Of a stretch of 64,000 nt of DNA, positions 43,453-51,987 are shown in pieces. The stretch comes from an uncultured virus (IMG/VR IMGVR_UViG_3300042868_002089) (Duplodnaviria; Heunggongvirae; Uroviricota; Caudoviricetes), in IMG/VR virus record IMGVR_UViG_3300042868_002089; one strand, 5' to 3'. The first letter of the stretch is position 1, and each line of letters opens with the position of its first letter. Under the pieces are notes generated by a model. It did not search any database. It was not told the DNA's origin and saw only the letters and a program-made list of their open reading frames with translations. Made by a program: the position numbers and the translations under genes.

Positions 43453-45530
43453 CAGCGTCTTCCGTCCGCACGAATATCAATACGAGGAGCGCCCAACTGC
43501 CAAGCAGTGTTGATTTGGTTAGAACTGATCTTGAAGATCATTTGGCGGCCACGCAAGCGTGTGTAAATCTGACCCGTGAACTCTTCCGTAATGTTGTACG
43601 TACTGCTTGAAGCCACAGGCTGGCCTGCATCACTTGTCACACCAGAGCCTGAATTAGCTAAACCAAACAGTTCCATGGTCACTGTTGGCGTAGTGCCAGA
43701 TGGGGAGTTCGTAGAGTTCTCAAAGGTCAGGTCTGGCAAGATACGCCACACAAAACCAAAGTTGTGGCCATCGCCAATATCAAACTCAGACGAAGAAATA
43801 TAAGCATTAAGCGGCAGAACTTCAGGGGTCTCAACATCGTTTAACCCAAACTCATGGTTGACCAAATTGGAACTATACGTGGCCGCAATTGGTGTTGGCA
43901 ATAGCCCAGAATCAAGCCAAGCAGTACGCGCCATAGTTCCGTAGTACCATATTTTCTCGACGTAGTTGTAGATCACATACTTGTCCACAGTCGTGCTGCT
44001 GCCAGAACAATAGAACCACCAGACTTCATTGAAGCCTTCGTTAGTGCCGCAGAAAATCTGAAGCGTTTGATCTGGGTTCAGGTCTTGGAAAATGTAGCGG
44101 CGCAAGTCGCAGTTAAGCGTTTGTACACGGCCATCGTATGCGTAGAACTTGTCCACGCCCATCCAGAAAATAATACCTGAAGCAATCACAGCCGCGTTGG
44201 GGCTGATGATAGAAAGGTTGTCGCCTAAAAGCTGAGACGCCCAGACATACGGGGGGCCAAGGTATTGAAGCGAATACGCGCTTGAGTCAGTAAACACCAC
44301 AATCTCTTGACGGGCCTGCACAGTCGTAATGATCTGCGAACCGTGGGATAGTCGGGTAAACCCTGCCTGATTGGTGGGGTCTGGCGTCCAGTTATAGGGG
44401 TCGTTCTGGCCTGACCAACGGATCAGCATAGGGTCAATTGCACTAGAGCCGTAGTCGTTTGTACCAAACACCATCACAAAGCGCGAAGCATCTGAGACAG
44501 TCAGCGTGTTTTGTACAACCGGCGCATCGACAATGTTTGAGATGTAAACGCCCGAGCCCGTAGATGTGGTGCTGACTTCGTTGCCCGCCGCGTCAAGAAG
44601 ACCAAAAGTCAAGCCGTCAACACTGAACGCATAGTACGTAGTTGCCACAACAATCCCGGTTGGCAAAGATGTCGTAGCGGCAAACTGAAGCGCAGCGCCT
44701 TCGGTAAATGCAACCGTGGAAGTCACGACAGTAGGCACACCCGTCACAGCGCTGTTGGTAAACGTCACATTCCCGCCCAGCGTGTTCAAAGCTACGCCTC
44801 GGCTAGACAAGCCTGCGGTGGCATCCCAATAATACAACCCGCCGCCGCGGGGACCAAACACAAGGTCTTCACCGTAGTTAATCTGGCTCCAAATCTGCAA
44901 AGCGCTGGTACTTGTAGTGCCTGTGCCCCAAGGACCTTCGCCCCATCCGCCTGCACCCCAGCCTGTCAAAGGAACCGCGTAGGCCGGGCCAGCATTGATT
45001 TGGTACGCGGCAACGACAGCGGAGCCGCCATAAGAACCGGCAGGAATTGCCGACGGCACTGTGATGATAAAAGAGTCAAGGCTTACAACAGTAAGTTGGT
45101 ACTCGGCATTCCATGTTGAAGCGTACGTGCCTGTTGCACCACTGAAGGTAACAAACGAGCCGGTAGTAGCGCCGTGCGCTATGGAACTTACTACAACTGT
45201 AGTTGTGCCGTCAGCCGTGAATGGGTTTGCCCCCAAAGTAACCGTCGAGCGGATGGGTGTGATGTCGTTGTAAACGCCACCCTTTTCAATGTAGAACTTA
45301 GTATTTGTTCCGACACCAACCAAATTCAAAAATCCAAGCGTTACCCAGTTCCACAATGAGCGGCACACACCGTTAAATGTGTATTCAGAAATCTGCTCCC
45401 AGCCACCAATAACTTCAGGGTTGCCTTGACGGAAACGGATTTTGTCGCAGTCGTACCAACCACCTTCGGTGGTATAGCGCGTATTCTCTTTATTTACGCC
45501 GGGCTTGAACAGAATCTTTTGTAATGGCAT
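43452..45530 (-). CDS. Tail tube/nozzle (stabilisation) protein
   Basis: 692 aa beta-rich; IRWS, FNEVWWFY, RTAWLD motifs. Confidence 0.7.
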   Translation of the reverse strand: MPLQKILFKPGVNKENTRYTTEGGWYDCDKIRFRQGNPEVIGGWEQISEYTFNGVCRSLWNWVTLGFLNLVGVGTNTKFYIEKGGVYNDITPIRSTVTLGANPFTADGTTTVVVSSIAHGATTGSFVTFSGATGTYASTWNAEYQLTVVSLDSFIITVPSAIPAGSYGGSAVVAAYQINAGPAYAVPLTGWGAGGWGEGPWGTGTTSTSALQIWSQINYGEDLVFGPRGGGLYYWDATAGLSSRGVALNTLGGNVTFTNSAVTGVPTVVTSTVAFTEGAALQFAATTSLPTGIVVATTYYAFSVDGLTFGLLDAAGNEVSTTSTGSGVYISNIVDAPVVQNTLTVSDASRFVMVFGTNDYGSSAIDPMLIRWSGQNDPYNWTPDPTNQAGFTRLSHGSQIITTVQARQEIVVFTDSSAYSLQYLGPPYVWASQLLGDNLSIISPNAAVIASGIIFWMGVDKFYAYDGRVQTLNCDLRRYIFQDLNPDQTLQIFCGTNEGFNEVWWFYCSGSSTTVDKYVIYNYVEKIWYYGTMARTAWLDSGLLPTPIAATYSSNLVNHEFGLNDVETPEVLPLNAYISSSEFDIGDGHNFGFVWRILPDLTFENSTNSPSGTTPTVTMELFGLANSGSGVTSDAGQPVASSSTYNITEEFTGQIYTRLRGRQMIFKISSNQINTAWQLGAPRIDIRADGRR

Positions 45531-45560
45531 GGCTCATTTTCCCATCAATTTGGGTGCGCA

Positions 45561-45989
45561 TCAAGCATAAAGCCGTGTGCCTGTTTTATCGATAATCAGC
45601 GCTTGTTTTCTTGGCTTGGCGTCTGGTGTGTTTGGAATGCTCACATGGGTCCAGCGGTCAAACTCTCGAATGACTTGGTCGTAGGGCAGCCCAGACGCAA
45701 TGATGGTTTTGACCACTTCGTCAGGGGTCAGTTGAGGTACTCGGATGTCCACAGCACAACCAATACGATGCTGGCTAGTATCTTTAGAACCAACAGCATC
45801 ATTGACTTGCTTGCTGCGAAAAGCAGAATTAACCATGACTGGTCTTCCGCCCAAGGCAGTTTTGACTTCCTCAAGGAAGGCGGCGAGCCGCTTAATGTTC
45901 TCCAGCTCGGCTTCGTTGGGGGTGTTGTCATACTGTCTGTGGTCAGTGTGCGTAAGTTCTTCAAGGGTGAAATGTGGTGTCAGATTCAT
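45561..45989 (-). CDS. Endolysin, peptidase M15A family
   Basis: HFTLEEL, SAFRS, SQHRIGCAVD, WTHVS. Confidence 0.9.
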   Translation of the reverse strand: MNLTPHFTLEELTHTDHRQYDNTPNEAELENIKRLAAFLEEVKTALGGRPVMVNSAFRSKQVNDAVGSKDTSQHRIGCAVDIRVPQLTPDEVVKTIIASGLPYDQVIREFDRWTHVSIPNTPDAKPRKQALIIDKTGTRLYA

Positions 45990-46393
45990 TTTTTAATCCT
46001 ATCTGCAATCTTTTCCATAGTGCGTCCACCGAAGTAGAACGACATCACGAGCATGCCCCATTGTCCCAGCAATTCAACGTAAGCGCCACGGGTTTCGTAT
46101 TCAAATATTGAGGCAATAGCAAACCCAGAATACGCCACCAATAAGAAGATCAGCGTCATGGGACGGATGTTCTTAGAGAGCCAAGAGTCGCTTGCCATGT
46201 CTGCTTTGACTCTATCGGTCAGGTTGTTCTGCTCAGTCTTGTACAGTTCAGTTTCATTGGCCATCTTAGCCAGCTCACCGTCCTGCGCCATCTTCTGTAG
46301 TTCCAATTGCGCCTTGGCCTTGGCTTCTGGGTCTGGGATCAGCTTGTCTATGAGCTTACCGCCCACGTTTAAAAGTGCGTCTAGTCCAATCAT
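45986..46393 (-). CDS. Putative holin (3TM/GTA-like)
   Basis: WLSKNIRP, TM segments, FYFGGRT.EK; adjacent to endolysin. Confidence 0.75.
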   Translation of the reverse strand: MIGLDALLNVGGKLIDKLIPDPEAKAKAQLELQKMAQDGELAKMANETELYKTEQNNLTDRVKADMASDSWLSKNIRPMTLIFLLVAYSGFAIASIFEYETRGAYVELLGQWGMLVMSFYFGGRTMEKIADRIKK

Positions 46394-46403
46394 TGTTTAC
46401 TCC

Positions 46404-47150
46404 TTATTCATCAGACATGTCAGTTGAAGCCAAATTGATGCGGGTTTTTAAAGCTGAAATATCTTCAGGCTTTTCTTTAAAACCAATTGCCAAATAGCCA
46501 GCAAACTTACCGGGGTCAGGTGGGATTGAGCCACGGCACATGAACTTCACACCCTGCTTAACGCCCCACTCACCTACCTTGGACGAAGGGTTGAACTCTT
46601 CGCAGAGCACTTCATTGTTCAGCATGGCAACCATAGCTGCGTTACGGTCGGGGCTTGCGTTAAACAAAGAGGTGACTGTGCCCTCAATCTTCTTTTCCCG
46701 TGAGCCGTCAGCATTGATGGCCAGTACAGTGGTGCGTGAATTGGTTGTAAGGTTGGCTTTGTGTACCAGCACAACTAAGCCGTCTACATCCTTCATCAAG
46801 CTCTTGGCAGGGTCAACCAAGTCATCTTGCTTCACCAGCTGGGGCATGTGGTCTTGGTTCTGGATGGCTTGCAATATAACTTGGCGCGAGTCCCAAGCAA
46901 AGTAGCCAGCAAACGCCAAGAACGAAAGCAAGATAACCGTCAGTAGTTTAAACGGGCTGTCCACCCATTTAATGAGGTCTGTAATACGCCCTATAGCGTC
47001 TGTCTTTGCAGCTTCAGCGGGTTTTTGTTTTATAGCAGGAGCTTCCACCTTTGGTTTAGGCGTTCTACGTTTAACCGGCGCTACCTTTGCGGGTGCTTTA
47101 GCCGGTGCTTTGGCGGCAGTTTTTGCCGGTACTTTTTTAGCTGTAACCAT
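46404..47150 (-). CDS. Membrane-anchored hypothetical protein
   Basis: K/A/P-rich N-terminus, single TM helix, soluble C-terminal domain. Confidence 0.75.
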   Translation of the reverse strand: MVTAKKVPAKTAAKAPAKAPAKVAPVKRRTPKPKVEAPAIKQKPAEAAKTDAIGRITDLIKWVDSPFKLLTVILLSFLAFAGYFAWDSRQVILQAIQNQDHMPQLVKQDDLVDPAKSLMKDVDGLVVLVHKANLTTNSRTTVLAINADGSREKKIEGTVTSLFNASPDRNAAMVAMLNNEVLCEEFNPSSKVGEWGVKQGVKFMCRGSIPPDPGKFAGYLAIGFKEKPEDISALKTRINLASTDMSDE

Positions 47151-47156
47151 ACGTCC

Positions 47157-47393
47157 TCATACAAAAATTTGAAACCGTCTGCGGTCTTCAAACGACCCTA
47201 GCTCAATTGTGTTCTGCCTAGCCCTTTTGTCGTAAAGTTCCAGTTCCAAATCTTCAGTTTTTCTAACTTGTTTAAGACATTCCATTGCATATCTGTATTC
47301 TTCCTGAACTTTCTCCACTGCTTTGTCAAACGCCAATTCTCTAGCAGTGTGAGTGGGTTGAACTAACGGATACCATTTGTTTAAGGTAATCAT
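47157..47393 (-). CDS. Hypothetical protein
   Basis: 78 aa in operon. Confidence 0.65.
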   Translation of the reverse strand: MITLNKWYPLVQPTHTARELAFDKAVEKVQEEYRYAMECLKQVRKTEDLELELYDKRARQNTIELGSFEDRRRFQIFV

Positions 47394-47674
47394 TTCTTTT
47401 CCCTTTCCATTGCCCTTGCGTAGTAATACAACACCTTGGCTCTCAACTCCGCACTATCCGAAGCCCCCGCCCAAAGCGCAAGGTTGTTCCAGATTCCCAC
47501 TAACTGCGCTGAACTACAGCCATCGCCGTTTACTTCAAGCCACCGAGATAACTCAATGTGGCGCAGGGTTGGGTCGTTTATCCAACTCAACCTGTAAAAA
47601 TCTGAAATGATGCACGGGGTCTTGGCACTTGCCCAAAAAAAGCAACTTACAAGTAGTACAAAGAACCAGCGCAT
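47390..47674 (-). CDS. Secreted/periplasmic hypothetical protein
   Basis: Signal-peptide-like N-terminus. Confidence 0.65.
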   Translation of the reverse strand: MRWFFVLLVSCFFWASAKTPCIISDFYRLSWINDPTLRHIELSRWLEVNGDGCSSAQLVGIWNNLALWAGASDSAELRAKVLYYYARAMEREKK

Positions 47675-47689
47675 TCATGTTAAATACTT

Positions 47690-48283
47690 TTAGAAAGCAA
47701 TCTCCGCAGCTATCTCAATACTTGTTACAGTTGCAACAATGTTAGAACCACCGCTATCAGAAGCAATTTGGATAGTGTATGTACGGCTGCCGTAACCACC
47801 AAGAGTTCTTTGAACCCCAAAATATGGCGAACCACTAAGTGCAACCCAAGTGTTTCTAGCGCTGCCAGTCTCGTTAGTTCCGCTGACACTGCTAGTCTGT
47901 GTAAATCTAACCCAATAGCTAGAACCAACCCCGCCAGTGGTAGGTGTTGCCCAGTTGGTAAAGCTACCGGAACCATCGCTACCTGCCCAACCTGCTACGC
48001 CATTAGAATACAAAGTTATTTCAGCGTAAGCAGGGCCGGGGCCAGAATAAACAGTGCCGGAAATACTATAAAATCCCGCTAAAGAAATTGTGATGGCGGG
48101 GCTTGGGCCTTTGTTATAAAACTCATTAAACGAAATTGCGCCAGATGAAAACGTGCCGGAGCCGCCACCAGCCGTGTACCACTGCGTACCGCGATAAGCG
48201 TTTAAATTTAAACCGCGACCATCAAACACTGAATTGATAGTCGAAAACGCAAGTGCGCCACTGCCGGGAAGGTATCCTGCCAT
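47690..48283 (-). CDS. Tail fibre-associated adhesin-like protein
   Basis: SG.LAFSTIN...GAISFNEFY N-terminus resembling gp38-like adhesins; G/S/T-rich; follows fibre gene. Confidence 0.6.
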   Translation of the reverse strand: MAGYLPGSGALAFSTINSVFDGRGLNLNAYRGTQWYTAGGGSGTFSSGAISFNEFYNKGPSPAITISLAGFYSISGTVYSGPGPAYAEITLYSNGVAGWAGSDGSGSFTNWATPTTGGVGSSYWVRFTQTSSVSGTNETGSARNTWVALSGSPYFGVQRTLGGYGSRTYTIQIASDSGGSNIVATVTSIEIAAEIAF

Positions 48284-48286
48284 TTT

Positions 48287-49885
48287 TTACTCCTTGGCTT
48301 TTAACTGCTTTTCCAAAGACACAATTCGCTTGGCCAACTCAATCACAGCCGCAAGAGCCGCGTTGCCGTAAGACACACCAAGCAAGCCATTTCTTTTCTC
48401 AACCGCATCGGGCATAACCTTTTGCAACGAGCCAGCGCCAACACCAACTTGTGTTTGCTGTCTGTCTATACGGTCATAAATGCCGTTTTGTACCTGCGCC
48501 AATTGCTCAATGAAGTCGTCAGGGAATCCGCGCCAGTTCATCTTCAGCGTTTCGTCAGAGTAAGCCGTCACGTTGCCGTTGGAATACAAAGCGCCTGCAG
48601 TCAGGGTTGTGCCGTCAAAAGTTAAGTTTCCAGAGCCAACCGCTGTACCGCCGCTGTTGTAAATAACTTGTCCAGACGAGCCACCAATCGGGCCAGTGGG
48701 GCCAGTCGGTCCTGTGGGTCCTGTGGGTCCAACGGGGCCAAGGCCTCCGGTAGGTCCGGGGGCTCCTGTGTTACCAGTCAAACCTGTGGGGCCAGCGGGT
48801 CCTGTAGGTCCAACCGCGCCGTTTGTGCCTGCTGGGCCAGTAGGTCCTGTAGGTCCGGGGGGTCCGGCAACAGTTGAAGCAGGTCCAGTGGGGCCAGCAG
48901 GGCCAGCAGGGCCGGGACCGCCAGTTGCTCCGGGGGGTCCAGCAACAGTAGAAGCAGGGCCTGTGGGTCCAGTCGGTCCAGTAGGGCCGGGAGGTCCGGG
49001 AACAGTCGAGCCGGGTCCTGTAGGTCCAGCGGGTCCAACAGGCCCTGTGGGTCCAGTAGCGCCTTGGGGAACCGTGAAGTCAAACACCGCAGCAGACGAT
49101 GTGCCACTATTCACGACAGCCGCAGGGCCGGTAGAAGTTGTGCCGACAGTAACCGTGGCGGCTGCGCCAGAAGGCCCAGTGGGTCCGGTAGGGCCGGGGT
49201 TGCCCGTAGGTCCGGGGCCGCCAGTAAGTCCGGTAGGACCAGTAAGTCCGGTGGGTCCTGTGGGACCTGTAGGTCCGGGAGCGCCTTGGCCACCGGGAGA
49301 CCATGTGCCATCACCACGCCAAAACGTTGCAGTTGAAGCACCGGTGCCACCGTTTAAATTTGTTACGGGTAGATTGCCTGTAACATTTGTAGCAAGGTTG
49401 ACAAACGTCGTGGAGCTTGTGCCCGTACCGCCAGATGTGATTGGCAGGGGTGTGCCCAGAGCCAGCGTAGACAAATAGTCAATTTGGTTGCCAACGTCAG
49501 TGCCGTTGTTGTAGACCACCGTGCGCTTGCCAGACGGCACAGACACACCTGTTTGGCCAGAGACCTTGACGGTGATTGCAAAAGAGTCGTTGTTAATAAT
49601 CAGATACGGCTTCTGGATTGCGGGGACGTTTAGCGTACCGGCAGCAGACAAGCATCCTGAAGAGATCACCAAGCACAGCGCCCGAGCATTTTGAGCCGAA
49701 GTTGTGTTGGACAGCGTGAGTGTGGCTACGTTGGTCGTGAAGTTGGCAGAGGTTAGTGTGGCCATACCAACAATGGCTTGCTCAATGGCGGTGCCGATAT
49801 TGCTGTTGGTTGTCGTGCCCCACACGCCCGGCTGTTCGCCCGTCGTGATTAGCTCAAACTTTAGATTGGAAAAGGTGCTTGGCAT
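48287..49885 (-). CDS. Collagen-like tail fibre with C-terminal S74-like chaperone domain
   Basis: (G-P-T/X)n blocks; AYSDETLK cleavage motif; C-terminal coiled coil. Confidence 0.85.
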   Translation of the reverse strand: MPSTFSNLKFELITTGEQPGVWGTTTNSNIGTAIEQAIVGMATLTSANFTTNVATLTLSNTTSAQNARALCLVISSGCLSAAGTLNVPAIQKPYLIINNDSFAITVKVSGQTGVSVPSGKRTVVYNNGTDVGNQIDYLSTLALGTPLPITSGGTGTSSTTFVNLATNVTGNLPVTNLNGGTGASTATFWRGDGTWSPGGQGAPGPTGPTGPTGLTGPTGLTGGPGPTGNPGPTGPTGPSGAAATVTVGTTSTGPAAVVNSGTSSAAVFDFTVPQGATGPTGPVGPAGPTGPGSTVPGPPGPTGPTGPTGPASTVAGPPGATGGPGPAGPAGPTGPASTVAGPPGPTGPTGPAGTNGAVGPTGPAGPTGLTGNTGAPGPTGGLGPVGPTGPTGPTGPTGPIGGSSGQVIYNSGGTAVGSGNLTFDGTTLTAGALYSNGNVTAYSDETLKMNWRGFPDDFIEQLAQVQNGIYDRIDRQQTQVGVGAGSLQKVMPDAVEKRNGLLGVSYGNAALAAVIELAKRIVSLEKQLKAKE

Positions 49886-49905
49886 AATTCATTCCTTTGG
49901 AATAA

Positions 49906-50871
49906 CTAAGTGTTGTTGATGTCGTCCCAAGACGGGTTTTGTGGGGTATCAATCAGCGTCCAGCCTGACGACTGGGGGTCCATAATTATTGCCCACCCAG
50001 CGTTTTGCGTAGAGCTAATACCCGTCCAACCAGCGTTTTGCGTACCTGTAATGTTTACCCATTCAGCATCCATACCGGTCTCAATCTTGAACCAGCCAAC
50101 AACAACTGTATTTTGCGCCATTTCAATGGCTTCGGCAATACTTGTTTGGAAGTCTGCACGAATCTGCAAAACGTCTTCCAGCGTGGTGTTTTCAGTGATG
50201 CTGAAGTAAAAGCCCTGAGACGCGGTGTTGCTGTCCGCAAGGGTCGAGTTCTCTGTAATAGAGAAGAAAATGTTTAAAACAGCAACCTGCGAGTCGCCCA
50301 GCGTAGAGTCCTCAGAAATGGAAGAAACAAACTGGGCAGCAATATTTATCACATCGGCCATATCTACGGCTTCTGTGACGGCCTGAGCAAACTGCGCAGT
50401 AATGACTTCTATCGAGGCTAGGTCAGCGTTCTCTGTAATGGTCTGGCCAAAGTTTGACTGCTGAGTAGAAAAGTCGGCAACCTCAAGAATCGGCTCAGAA
50501 AGGCTTTCCAAGAATTCGGTGTACGCCTCTTGGCTGTCGGCAATGGCTGAATCTTCTGTGATAGAAGAGGCAAAGTCGGCTTGGATTTCAGCGCTGTCAG
50601 CAGGTAAAGAGTCCTCGGATATGGACTGCAAGAAGGCGTACAGCTGGGTGCTGGAGTCGGCAAGCCCCGTGTCTTCGTAGACAAGAGCATAAAAGTCACC
50701 CGCCGTAGCGTCGATGTCATCAATCGCGCTGTCTTCTGAGATGCTTTGCAGGAACGCAAACACCTGTGTATTGGCGTCCGCAGACTCAAATCCCTCGGAA
50801 ATATCAAAGACAAAAGCGTTCCCGGCTAAGGAAGCAAATGGGACTTGGGCGAAGCTTGCAAAGCCGAACAC
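49906..50871 (-). CDS. Acidic repetitive virion protein
   Basis: MFG..SFAQ.PFA N-terminus; about 22-aa SI(S/T)E(D/N)S..AD repeats; Trp-spaced C-terminal repeats. Confidence 0.75.
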   Translation of the reverse strand: MFGFASFAQVPFASLAGNAFVFDISEGFESADANTQVFAFLQSISEDSAIDDIDATAGDFYALVYEDTGLADSSTQLYAFLQSISEDSLPADSAEIQADFASSITEDSAIADSQEAYTEFLESLSEPILEVADFSTQQSNFGQTITENADLASIEVITAQFAQAVTEAVDMADVINIAAQFVSSISEDSTLGDSQVAVLNIFFSITENSTLADSNTASQGFYFSITENTTLEDVLQIRADFQTSIAEAIEMAQNTVVVGWFKIETGMDAEWVNITGTQNAGWTGISSTQNAGWAIIMDPQSSGWTLIDTPQNPSWDDINNT

Positions 50872-50880
50872 GGCAAGCTC

Positions 50881-51420
50881 CTATCGGAACCTTGGTCCGT
50901 TGAACCAAACAGTTGCTGAATAGCGAATACCAGAGAGCACCGGCGTGACGCGGTGCTCAAGAATAGATGGGAACGCAATCATCGTCCCTTTTTGTAGCGG
51001 TGCGCTGTAGTCGCTGTACAACCGCACTTGAAACTCGCCGCCTTCAAACTCGTCATTGAGTAGGCAAACCACGGTAATCTTGCGCTCGGTCGGTTTGCCA
51101 GAAAGGGTGAAAGTGTCTGTGTGCCATGTGTAGTGTTGCTCGGGGCCGTACTCAGCCAACTGCACATTCTCACGACCAGTGACATGGTATTCCCAGCCAC
51201 AATGTTTGTTGGCTTCCATGGCAAACTGCTCAAGGCGGTCTGTCAGCCAGTAATCTGATCCGCCAAAACGCACGTTGGTGTTGCGCGTTCTGGTGTCTTT
51301 TTCGGTTCCCTCTACCCCCATGGTTGCATCACGCACTTCGATGCCCGACAACTCTGCAATGACTTGATTACAGGTGTCGCCGTCCAGTTGACCTAGATAC
51401 CACAGGGGGAGATGTGCCAT
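50881..51420 (-). CDS. 2OG-Fe(II) oxygenase (prolyl-4-hydroxylase-like)
   Basis: WHTD (HxD), RKIT, FEGGEF, FPS..EHRVTPV..G.RYS. Confidence 0.92.
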   Translation of the reverse strand: MAHLPLWYLGQLDGDTCNQVIAELSGIEVRDATMGVEGTEKDTRTRNTNVRFGGSDYWLTDRLEQFAMEANKHCGWEYHVTGRENVQLAEYGPEQHYTWHTDTFTLSGKPTERKITVVCLLNDEFEGGEFQVRLYSDYSAPLQKGTMIAFPSILEHRVTPVLSGIRYSATVWFNGPRFR

Positions 51421-51421
51421 G

Positions 51422-51619
51422 TTAGCCTTGTTTCAAATCAGCAGCTGCTGGTGGGGGTGGGCGGATGCCGTTTTGCTGGGCCATCTGAAAATCTTGGCCA
51501 AGCTTGCTCAAACGCATGAACAGGTCGATGCACTCACCCAGTTGACCAGCGGCCAGCTGTTTCATGATGACGTTGAATTCTGCAACGGTTACTTCTCCAA
51601 TATTGATCTTATCGTTCAT
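51422..51619 (-). CDS. Small tail-fibre-associated protein
   Basis: 65 aa in fibre cluster. Confidence 0.65.
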   Translation of the reverse strand: MNDKINIGEVTVAEFNVIMKQLAAGQLGECIDLFMRLSKLGQDFQMAQQNGIRPPPPAAADLKQG

Positions 51620-51628
51620 GCTTTCCTC

Positions 51629-51985
51629 TTAGGGGGTTGGTGGGGTTGGGGGTGTAGGCGGTGCCCAAGGTAGTGCAGGCTCCGTTACGGGGTCAATCTT
51701 AGCCGCAATTTGGGCCGCGATTGCGTCATTGACATGGGTTTCATAGCCGCCAACAACGACAGGTTGAATCCAGCCAAGAACAATTTCTTGTGTCAGCTGG
51801 TCGTAAGGAATGAAGTCTGGCTGATCTGGGTTGGGGTCCAGAGGTGTAGCGCCACTGAACACGCCCGTGTTGCCGTTCTCGTCAGTACCGGTTTTGGTCC
51901 AATATGTCTGAACAACGTAGTCAGCTTCGGAGCCAACTGTTGTGACCTTCATGCCTGTGACGGCCCATGTGTATGTGATTGCCAT
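51629..51985 (-). CDS. Tail-fibre-associated conserved protein
   Basis: ITYTW...FIPYDQLT...W...LPW motif. Confidence 0.75.
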   Translation of the reverse strand: MAITYTWAVTGMKVTTVGSEADYVVQTYWTKTGTDENGNTGVFSGATPLDPNPDQPDFIPYDQLTQEIVLGWIQPVVVGGYETHVNDAIAAQIAAKIDPVTEPALPWAPPTPPTPPTP

Positions 51986-51987
51986 GG

